Below the pieces are notes generated by a model, which did no database searches, had not been told where the DNA came from, and saw only the letters and a list, made by a program, of their open reading frames with translations. DNA of 63,721 nt, the filler included, from Reticulomyxa filosa (taxonomy: Eukaryota > Protista > Foraminifera): NCBI GenBank assembly GCA_000512085.1. It is 17 parts of 17 records of this genome, joined end to end, with 100 filler letters (N's around TTAATTAATTAA, not from the genome) between each part and the next. Parts side by side here need not be neighbours in the genome. Positions count along the whole stretch, not along the records: positions 22,212 to 28,952 come from ASPP01011251.1; positions 29,053 to 36,100 come from ASPP01026715.1; 15 more parts are not named here. One strand, 5' to 3'. The position numbers and the translations under genes are program-made. This document shows positions 24,889 through 36,100 of this stretch, piece after piece. Each line of letters begins with the position of its first letter. The first letter of the stretch is position 1.

Positions 24889-26366
24889 CAGATCCTTGGG
24901 GGAATGTTTGGAAACACAATTTGATGACGATGCCAACATTGCCAGGAATTGTTGGTCGACCAAATGATATGAACAGCAGCAACTTGAACATGGAGTACAA
25001 TCCGGAAGATATGTCGTCAATGTTCCCTGGCAGCTACGCATACAATCCCTACGTTCCACTGCAAGGGTCATACCCATTCGACGCTAACAAGTCCTCGACG
25101 ACAGACACGCGATTTGGCTTGGGTCTTTCTTCTGCTGCCAATAGTACTAATGCACAAGAATTGGGAGCGGCAGCAGTAATCACCGTCGGTGGCAATTCTT
25201 CCTCTTCTTCTTCGGGTCCTTCGGCCTCTTCAGCATCTTCTGCTTCTTCTACTTCCGATATTCCCTCTCTTTCGACTGGACAGACGCAACGAGAACAGAG
25301 TCATTTTGTCGTTGGTGACGAGGTTATATACGGAAAAGAACTTGGCAAAATCGTTTCCTTGGATTGGAATCGCACACCACCACAAGCTGAAGTATGCATG
25401 GACGCATCCAATTTTAATATGAACATCCCGATTTCACATTTGACATTATCACAACGAAAAGGAAAACCAGTTCCATCATCATCACAACAACAACATTTGA
25501 TGGACAAATCCATATCAAAAGACCGAACTTTCTACAGTCAAAAGTTCACTTTAACAAAAAAAAAAAAAAAAGAGAGAATGTTAAAATTAATGCTAGTATC
25601 TCTTTATTCTCTTTTTTTTTTGCTGTTGCTGTTCACAAAGGGGTTTTCTGCGTGCGTATACGTGTACACGTACACGTATACGTCCAGACTTGTGTATGTT
25701 GAGAATAGTGAGGGAAAAGACGTCCCAAAATCGCGTAAGAATCATTTTCAGCGGCTCTCAGAAGAAACACTGATGAAACTACCACATTTACGTAAAGTTA
25801 AACAATATATCAAAGCAATCAGTATTGATGATGGCCCCAGAGCGTACAGTACATTTCGTGAAACACTGAATGGTAATACCAATGCGAATGAAGGTACCAA
25901 TCGCCCTGCTACGGACGATAATAATACCAGTAATGTTATAAACAAAATGCCTTCTAGCAATGATCACGAATCCACGAATACTAATACTGCTGGCAATAGC
26001 AATAAGCACTCTCGTCGTCGTAATAGAAGAAAAGGCTATCCTCAAGAAAAATCAGATTTGTACAAGACCGAATTATGCGAAAATTGGGTTATGAAAGGAA
26101 ATTGCACTTATGGACGAAAATGTCATTTTGCACATGGGCATGACGAGATCCAGTATCGTGCTCGAGTCGCCAACTACAAAACGCAACCTTGTTGTGATCC
26201 TGCACGAAGTGATTCCAGACTCTGCTTGTTTGGAAAGCGTTGCAATTATGCTCATCCTGGAGAACCTTTACGTTGTGGTATGCCTGATGAATATGTTGAC
26301 GAAGAATACTTTGACAAAATTTGCAGAGAGTACGTGGAAGAATTCCCCTTCGGAATTTATTTGTAA
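22212..26366 (+). CDS. TIS11/ZFP36-type tandem CCCH zinc-finger RNA-binding protein with a very long low-complexity N-terminus (introns 24770..24891 and 25544..25687)
   Basis: LYKTELC-x8-C-x5-C-x3-H, 18-aa linker, NYKTQPC second finger; intron 1 joins the two big ORFs in frame (G|AT CCT TGG); Thr/Ser/Asn/His-rich disordered regions. Confidence 0.88.
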
Positions 26367-27024
26367 AAAAAAACAAGTTGTATGTTGTTTCTTGGATTTT
26401 TAATTGAGTTTTTCCTTATCTGTGAAAATCATTTCAAAAATGCTTTTGATTGCTTTGTTCTTTTTTTGTCTAATCAATGCGAGCAGAATTTTTGAAGTGG
26501 TGTAGAGAAATGCATCTTTCTTCTTTCTCTCTCAGCCTTCTTGTTCCCTTTGTTTGTCTGGCGGTACTGTTGAAGTGTTTTTATTTTGCTTTGTCTTTTT
26601 TATTTTTGATGTTTCCCAGCATTGGATCCACTAAATGTTTTTTTACAACGTAAATCAAACATAATATTCACAAATAAAGCTCCCTCATTGATAAAAAGAA
26701 CAATTGGTCTCAGATATGTTGGCATGAAAATGTCACGAAAAAAACTTGTAGAAATTCAGAATTTTGCATATTCAGTGTACACGGCAAAATATTTGTCTCA
26801 AAAATGAGGAAGAGGAAAAAAAAGTCCAAAAAAAAAACAAGCAGAACAACTACAACCTTTCCTCATCATGAAAAACTCAAACAAAACAGTCAGGAGCCTA
26901 CCCACTTCTTTTCAAAATAGGAAGCTTAAAAAAACATACAAACAAACAATAAGGAACTGTTCCTATTTCAAAATTCTTTGGCCTTTTTTCGGAAAGGTAT
27001 GCATTTTTCTGTTTTGCTTTTCAA

Positions 27025-28815
27025 TCAAAACCTTTTTCTACTTTGCTTGTTGGTCCTGACTTGGTTCCACTTGTGTTTCTTTGATGTTTTCCTGTTTTTC
27101 CCATCACAATCATTCCAATTTTCGGTTGATATTAGCAACAAATATTCGACAGTTGTTTTTTTTAAGAGAATTATTTTCCTTTTGAAAAACAAAGCAATAC
27201 CTGCACCAGTTCGTTTGCACTTGTCCAACAAATATTGCAATACTGCTATCTTCATATCGCAGTCAAAGACTCCGTTGTAGTTTGAATCAAGTTTATCCAA
27301 CTGCATCAAATCTTGATATATTTTGAGTCTTTGTTCCAACCGTTCCTCTTTACTGGCCATCCATCCATATTGCATAGCTTCTTTTTCTAACACTGGATTA
27401 TTGATCAATTCAGGCGATTTATGTAAACACCAATTAATGATATCTTTTTTCTGGATTTGACCAATCTTGGCCACATCTAATCCACGAAGGGTGATATCAG
27501 CTTCCTGACCAGTTACTCCCATTTCTTTTAAAAATTCTTCTGTTTGTTGAATCGTTAAAAAGCCTTTATTTTCTTCGTCAAATTGGGCATAAATTTCGTC
27601 TAATTGCGTTTTGTGTTCTCCATATACCGTGCTAAATGCTCGTTGACGACCAAACGATTCCCTCACTGGTTCACGTTCTTTGGTATCAGTAACTGGAGTT
27701 GCTCCGCCTGTTTTTGTCGGCAAAGATTGGTTTACTGGGAATTGATCTGCGCTTTCCTCAGCTTCTTCTTTTGCATCTTCAGCATCTTCTTGTGTTGTGT
27801 CTGTTGGCTTTTCCGTTTGGATTTCTTCGTTGCCAGTTGTTGCTTCTACTTCCTTCGCGTCATTTTTGTCCTGAGATGTGTCTGTTCATTTGGTATTATT
27901 TATATGAATTCGATTTCAATCAAGTGAAACAAAAGCAATGTAAATGAAATGTTTAATCAATTAATAAATCATTATTATTATTTGGCAATCAATAAAATAA
28001 CTGTTAAAAGTATTTTTGGCTTTGGCGTACTGTTCGAGTAACTCAGGACTTAGTTTCTTCAAAAATGGAGCAGCTTTGGTCGGTTTCATCGTATCGAAGA
28101 CCATTAAAGTGTGAAAGGCGCGCAATTTGACATCGGAATCGGAAAGGCTGATTCCCTCGGAGATGGCATCTTTAATTTTCTCCCAAAACTCCTTATCGTC
28201 ATTGACATCAACATTTCGCTCAATGAAAACGCTGAGCGAATCAAAGCACGTGATTTGAACTGCATTGAAGCCTTTCAACAAAGCACCTTGAATGACCGTT
28301 TTGAAAATTGAGCGATCGGGGCTGTCCGGAACAAAACGAATCAACATGGTAACGCATTGGTGAGCACAATGTAATATCAATGGAGAAGTTGCATCCAACA
28401 GTTCCCAAAGAACTCGCAACAACTTTCCAACTTGTCCCTTCATGTTTTCAGTAGCAGCTTTACTCAATCGGGCCAACGTGTAACACGCAGCAAAGATAAT
28501 TCGTTCGTCTTGACTGCGCAACGCATCCATGAACCCTTTGGTCACTTTTTTGATCATATTTTGTTGGTCCGCACTCTTCAGAGTAGTTTTTGTGATTTCG
28601 TCCAACACCACACGCATCGCACGCGTTTTCTCTCGCCATCCAACTCCGGTGTCTGCCAATGTCATGTTAATGTCGTCAATGCCCATGCTATTGTCATTAT
28701 CAAAGCACTCCATGTGTTGGAATTTGCTGGTTTTCAGTTCGTTCCACAACAAATTGTACGTGGGTTCGCATATATGAAGTCCAGTCACAAAGCCCTCCAA
28801 GTCAATCACTAGTTT
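27025..28815 (-). CDS. TOG/CLASP-like HEAT domain protein with EF-hands (5'-truncated; intron 27882..28001)
   Basis: W(REKTRAM)...DALRSQDERIIFAAC...ISEGISLSDSDVKLRAF is a CLASP_N/TOG HEAT pattern; spliced in frame via an acidic linker to DEIYAQFDEENKGFLTIQQTEEFL and LDVAKIGQIQKKD (EF-hand pair) and DSNYNGVFD. Confidence 0.75.
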
Positions 28816-30873
28816 ATTTTGTTGTATGTTGTTGTTAGATTTTTGAAACGTTGGGAAGACAAAAAAACAAACGACTCACATAAATAGATATATGCTAAAT
28901 AAAGAAATGGCAATACATAGAAGCATATATGTACACACACACACACACACACNNNNNNNNNNNNNNNNNNNNNNNNNNNNNNNNNNNNNNNNNNNNTTAA
29001 TTAATTAANNNNNNNNNNNNNNNNNNNNNNNNNNNNNNNNNNNNNNNNNNNNTATATATCATAATACATTAGTATATGATATATCAGTTATTATCTTTAT
29101 AATTTTTGTGTGAAAATTAAAATTTTATTCGAAAAAATGAAAATGAATATTTTTATCAAGTCGTTGAACAAACTTGTATTAACCTTTTTGTTTGAACAAC
29201 AAACTTTGCACAAATCAAAATTAACAAGACTAGTTTTGTGCATGTTAAAAGAGTAAGCCAAAGATTACTTGTTTGTTCTCATACTCATTCTCTTATCCAA
29301 AACGAAAGCACACCAAAGTAAAGTACACTGGAGCGAAGCAAAAACATACATTTGGTGTGCAGTTTCTTTTGAATTTGTGATTCAACAGAAATCAAACAAG
29401 AAAGCATCTTCAGAGATCCGAATACCTTGGTGGCAACACCTAAAAAAACTTGAAAGGATATCCGAGTGTTGTTTTGGACTAATGACAAAAGAATTTGTTG
29501 AGATGATAACAAAAAAAATTGGAAATGACGAAAGAACTAAAGCAAATCAAATTTGTCATTTACGTTTTTTATGACGAAATAATTGTCAATACCACAATAC
29601 TTTTTGACATTTTTATCATGATTGTGTTTACTCTGTTGCAATTCTCGAAAAACTTTGATCACAACATCTTGATTTATATCTACGATTGTGCAATTTTCAA
29701 AAATGTTCATAGCTACTGGTAAAGTTACTGCACACGAAACTCAATTGTTTTTTTAAAGATCTATAAACTGTGAGCAAGGGATATTGGAAATTGCTTATCT
29801 ATGTGCCTTTTTGTCTATTTTTCTAATCCACTTGAATTACTTGAAAATATCAGGCAAAAAAAGGCTAACATTAGATTGTTAAGTTTAAAAACTAAAAAAT
29901 GCATTTGAATGCACAAAAAGCCGGGGTTTGAGAGTTTGTATTGAACATTTGGTAAGCATATTGGGCGCTATGTATTATTTGGCTGTTATTTATAACAAGA
30001 GGACACCTGGAAACCACCAAAAAAAATTTGCAAAAGATGTCAATTGACAAAGCAGTACACTCGATCGACAACACAACTGGTGGCGTCTTCCTTGCTTAAA
30101 AATGCTTTCAACTGCAAACTTAAAAAACAGTTTTCTTCCGCAAAAATATAACAACTGTTTTCTACGTAAAACATTAGTAAAAAATCTTTTTCGAAGAAAA
30201 AAAGTTATAGAAAACAGTTTTTTGATTCTGTTTTTAATTATGTATGCACCCGAAAATAGCGAGGTAATCTTTTTGTAATATGAAAAAGATTTGATGTCGA
30301 AGATGTAGTTTTAAATTTTTATTAAAACTAATTTTAGAAAAAGGCCAAAATTTAATTTTTTTATGAGCTGGATCCTAAATTAAAAAATGTATATAAAAAT
30401 TTATTAGCATTTTCGGACGCGTGCATCAATTAAAACAAGAGCAAGGATTGTTTGAGAACTTTTTAAAATGTTTAGCAAAATTATTATGAATAACCAAAAC
30501 CCAACCATGGAAATGGTCCAGAGATTTTTTTCTCGTTTAGTTCAACTTTTACCAAACCAAAAAAGCTATTGCTGCAAAAAAATCTACGACAAACAAGACT
30601 GTTTTTTAATAGCATTTTTAACGCAACAAGTCCGTGTTCGGGCTTTCAAAAAGCCTCAGCAAGTCCAAAAAGGCACCTAAAATAAAAACTCCCCTCGTCC
30701 GTTCGTAAAAAAAGGGCACAAACAAAAACGACGGAAAAAGCCGCTAAATACGTATACGATCGAATGTAAATCAATTTTTTGTTTTTCTGTTAAAAAATTA
30801 GGACATTAAAGTATTATATATGTCAAGGCACAAACGAGTGAAACTCAGGCCTTGCCTTCATCATGCTTGAAAA

Positions 30874-33800
30874 ATGAACAAATCTCAAGATTATGCACAA
30901 AAAAAAAGGGCAAATGTTTTGTTATTAAATAAAATTCTATTAAATCTGTGCAAAAATAATAAAATTTGCACTTCTTGTGAACCCATAAAAAGTGTACTCC
31001 AGTTTGAAAGCGTTTTTTTTAAAGAATCATCTATGGAACAAATTCAAGATATCTTCAGTATAATTGAAAAAGAGCTTATTTCGAAAGTATGGGACCTGTG
31101 CGAAGGAGATGTGGACGAGGTAACGACGCTCCTGAATTTCATCATAGAGAATCCGTTAAAACTAACACTAATACAAACACATTTGACAACAAGCTTATCA
31201 CAGTTCCTTTTTCTAAAACTAATTTCCAACTATACAAATTTATTATAGCAAAAGTTACCAGCAAGAACTGTACTTAAGGCAATTATTAAAAGAATTTGGT
31301 AATAAAATGGACAAAACAATTATTTTGGAGGAATGGAAGCAATGTAATCGAATTTATTGGGATACGCATATTAAACTAACAGAATTTTCTTCTATTTATG
31401 ACATCAATGCGTTAAATACTTTGTGAACAATTTTTAAAAAGTTAAACTAGAGAAAAAAAATATGTTATTGTGTATCTCATAGAATTGAAGAAAAGAGAGA
31501 ATTGAAAATAGTAAGAGAAATGTGTTTGCATATACTGTGGAATATCTTATCGTACCCCAAAGTTATTAAATATCGGCAAATTAATACTATTTCATTACTT
31601 CAAAATCTAAAACGTAAATGTGATTTATTACGTGCAAATGTAGCTCAAGTATTTATGGAAATGGAAAATTTTTTTAAAAAATATGGATTCCAAAAAGGAA
31701 ATGATGAGAATTGGTATTATCTGGATCACATTCAATTGTTATTGTTGTGGGAATGTTATCAAATATGGATTTATCTACAACCAATGTATTTTCATGTCTG
31801 AGCTGTTTTATTTATAAATGACAAAATCTACAAATGATTTGAAAATAAAGTGTGTATTCTTAATAATTATATATTCAACATAGCTACAAAACAAGAGTGA
31901 ATATTCCAACGACGGTATGTATGCTATCGAATGGAAAGTGGAAAGAATTTGAGATTGTATTTGATTATGAATATCGAAGAATTGTATTATTGAATAAAAA
32001 TAATTTGAAAGTAAAAACATTACAAGTTGGAAATCCAAAGAAATCATCATTGGAATTCAATGTTCATATCCAATGGTACAACGATTCTAAAATTGAAATA
32101 GATTGTATCAAATACTGTTGCCTCATTCTTAATCATTCTTGGCATTTTCGTACAAATGATTCTAGAAAAAGAGATTACTTATCAAATTATTGCTCAGTTA
32201 ATGATTTCACATTTCATACCCACAAAATTTGTCAATTACGTGAAATATGAAATACATTTCTATTTGTAGATTTGTTTGACATTCATTTATCAATAGGAGT
32301 TCAATTCATTCCAAGTTTTTTGTGAGAATGGTAGAAGCATACTTAGAAATTCGTATAACCCTTATTCAATTACTTTGAAACAAGGACTGCAACATCTCAA
32401 AGATCAATTTCAAGTGAGGCAAGAGTCTAATGGCTGTGGAGATGAATCGATAACATTTGAATGTAAATTTCATATGTGTTGTCCACAAATTTCATCGGAT
32501 ATGAATGAAGATATGCTATTGAATGATATTTATAAAGATTTTCATTATTTAAATAGACAGGTTTATTGGAAAATAAGTCATTATTTCATAGTGCCTTACA
32601 GAAATACAATTAATATTAGCACAATAAGAACTAACATACCAGAAGATAGAGATAGCACTATTTCATCAAATCGAAAACCTAAATTCAATCCGTTACTGTA
32701 TGAGTGTAATTTTATCAAACTTAGAATTATTCAAGATACTGTGTATTCGACTGCTTTATTAAATAATAACGCATTGAAAGAACTCTTGCACGAGGTAATA
32801 AAGAACGGTTATTTAATTGATTTGATCCCGAAGAAATTACTATCAAAGGGTGAAAAAAAAATCAAAAAACAAATTAATTATAATGAAAATAATGGAAATG
32901 AATTAATATTAAATAATAAAATATTAACAATATTAAATGAATTGAAGATATTATATTATAATGAAATTCATAAACAAATGGGATATCCACTTCAGTTACA
33001 TCAAATTTGTGCAATTTTACTATATTGTGGAAAATCATGTAATGCTGAATTTAGTTATGATCAAACAAAATTTCAATATTCCAAATGGAAGTATTTGGAT
33101 ACGTGGTCGCAAGATACTATTGTAATTTTGCATGGTCATGAAAGGAGAGAAGAAGAAAGTATAGAATTATATTGCGGATTGAAAAAAGTAAGATTAGAGA
33201 ATGAAAAAGAAATAAAACAAGGATTTTTCATAAGTCATGTAAGTACTTCTGATGATATTCAAGTTGCCAGAATGTTTAGAAGTGCTCAAGGATGTATTTT
33301 ACACTTTCATCCTTCAATGAGAAGAGCACAACGAATATATAGTTGTGATGTATCATGGATATCTCCATTTAAACATGAAAGGGAAATATTGTTTTCTAGA
33401 TCTAGTACATACATCTTTGATGAGGAAAGAGCAGTGGCATGGCGTGCAAAAATAGAAAGTGAAGATGAAAATACACAAATGATATTATTGACATGGGCAA
33501 AATATGATACATTTGTCCAACAAACTATGTATATTAGTAAAATGCAGAATTATTTGATTGACCTAAATCTCATCTATCAGGTTTTATTGGGTTTCAGAGG
33601 AAACATTGATGTCGCAATCATAAGTTTAAATTTATTTGAAGAATGGAAAAAGCAGCCAAATAATGTAAAAAAATATGAAGAAAAAAAGAAAGAATTTATC
33701 GAAAGACGTTGTTGTAATCATCATATCAATTTATTTATGATTTTTTTAAAAGAACATCTTCCCCATTTTAAAATTAACCATAATAAAGCGTGGAGTTATA

Positions 33801-33913
33801 AGTGCACTCCTATTGAATGGGCAACAATAGTCACTGCCAAATATGGCTTGCCATTTGTTGAAAAGACAGGAGAGATAATAAATAACAACAAAAAATATGC
33901 CTTTGTTAAATGA
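30874..33913 (+). CDS. Multi-exon protein: CUE/UBA-like x2, PUB, PH-like, ADP-ribosyltransferase (R-S-E clade), UBA-like
   Basis: EQIQDIFSIIEKELISKVWDLCEGDVDEVTTLL (CUE-like); LHILWNILSYPKVIKYRQIN...FFKKYGF (PUB); AILLYCG helix, LYCG (33167-78), HVSTS (33236-50), A.MF, GCILHF and DVSWISPFKHEREILF (ExE at 33377-85), the mono-ART catalytic signature. Start codon and exon borders approximate. Confidence 0.75.
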
Positions 33914-34724
33914 AAAACGAACAAATAAAATGTACAAAAACCAAAAAAAGTATCTAATACAGCTTAAATTGTAATTTTTTTCATCGAAACAAATACTAAA
34001 AAACTAGTGATTCGTTCGACATAAATTTTTAGATATTATTTGTTTTGCTAGAGATCTGAAACTTTGAAAGCTGACAGTATGTATGCTTTGACAATTCAAT
34101 CATGATAAAATATTTGCATACACGGAATAAGATAGGATTAATCTTCATTAACTCCTTCTTGATCAGGTGCATAAAATTTGAGTTAAAAAATGCTACGTTT
34201 TCATTAATTAATGAAATATGTGCATGACAAATTGAACCTCCGATTTCACTGGATAAACTTTAGTCATAAAAAACATTGCACTTTTTCTGGTCAATTGGAA
34301 GTTGTAAATATTTTTTTAAATAAATAATTGTGGGACGTCTGCTGATAGTATTGGTGCACTAACTGTAATACGAGAGATGTTTACTTAGAAGAGAATAGGA
34401 GTATTCGTAAAACGAAAGCGGTTTAAATAATAAATCAAAATAACAAAAGGAAAGTAAAGAAAAGTAAGAAAGTAAGAAGTAGGTTTGTTGAGAAAGTTTA
34501 ACCTACTGGGGATTCCTCTGTTCCTTTAATGTTCAGATACTTATAATAGGGACTTGCCCTACATAATTGATAAGTTTTTGTCTCTACATTCAAATTCAAT
34601 GTGTTCGTTTATACTTGGAAAAAAGTTGTGTTGAGTTTTTTTTATTAAAAAAAATCCTCTTTTCAAATACATTTCATCCCCATTGACAAGACCAAGGAAT
34701 TAATCTTTTCTTGATCCTTTGACC

Positions 34725-36100
34725 ATGACATTTCTATTCAAAAGATGGTCAAGTCAGAACAATTGTAAAGTAATTTTTTTTTTCAGCTTTTTTTTAACAA
34801 TAAAAAAAAAATATCAAATAATAAAAAAAGTCAACACTGACGGTTCGCAAAGTATCGATGAAAGGAAATTTACTGTAAATTCTGAGCAATTACTCAATAT
34901 GATTTTTGAAGGTACACGCATATTCGCGTATTTGTGTTTCCATTTCTTTTTTTTTTTTTTTACTAAAAAACTAAACGAAACGTGAAAACAGATTTGCAAG
35001 AAGCAATTATGCCAATGCAACTGGATATAAATGAAATTAAAGTTAACAATGATGGACTACTACTACTTGTAGAAACACAGGATAATATATACATTAAAAT
35101 TGCATCCTTCTGTTGCTCTTTTTTTCTATTAAAAAAAAATGAGCAATTTGTGTAATAATATCAATTGACTAGACTGAAGAAGTAATGCATATAAGTGCAA
35201 ATACACTGCCTCTTATTGGTAAATTACCTGTCAAACTTGCAGGAGGCATGCAAAATGAGTCAAAGACAGTAAATTATGAAGGAAAAGTGAAGGCATTGAT
35301 AAAATTGTACGGTGACGTGGCAAAAGAAGATGTGTTGAAGAAAAAGCTCGAACAAAGCAATGGAAATGTATTAAATGTAGTCGATCAGATGACAGTCACA
35401 TTAAATCAAAATGTTATGTTCACTTTTACATAACAACAAAAAATACAATATATATACAAGATATCACTTTTACAATATGTAGACTGCTGTTCAACATTCC
35501 ATTGAAGAAATCAAAACTGAACAAGTTAAGACCATTGACATTCTTTTTTTGACATATGTATAATAACACGCATTTTACTAACGATATGGAAAAAAGAAAA
35601 CAAATGATGATGCTGGAGTAAATTCTGGACTGGTACAAGAGCCAGATAAATTGAAAAAAGAAGAGGAAAAGGCAGAAATTGGAGAAATCAAACCGGGAAT
35701 TAATTTACAAGGCTATTGCACAAATATAGATTGTTTGGCTTCGAAAGCAAAGTTATTAGTATGGATAAATATTGGATTTTGTGATATTTCATTCAACTCA
35801 GAAAAGACATTATATAATTGTCCAGACTGTGGACAATTAACTGTTACATCCATTATAAAGGCAGTGATCTTTAATTCAGAGCATGTCATCAGCTCAAATG
35901 ATAACCCAATTCCTGTGAAAGATAATCATTACCAAAGCCTTTATGCAATCAAATTAGGGTCATCTTATGAAATAAAAGCCAAAAGAATAAGACAACATGC
36001 AACAAGCTTGGAAGATTTAATTAATCGAAGTGAAAATGCAATGACGAGTAATGAGATAATCAATTTGGTGTCTGAATTACAAAAATATCTTATAACAGTG
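34725..36100 (+). CDS. Multi-exon protein (3'-truncated): ubiquitin-like domain ending LAGG, UBA/CUE-like, Cys4 zinc-binding domain
   Basis: [20 protein letters not shown]...[15 protein letters not shown] (35236-47) resembles a beta-grasp fold with di-Gly; [36 protein letters not shown] is UBA/CUE-like; [14 protein letters not shown]...INIGF...CPDC is a C-x4-C...C-x2-C module. Confidence 0.6.
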
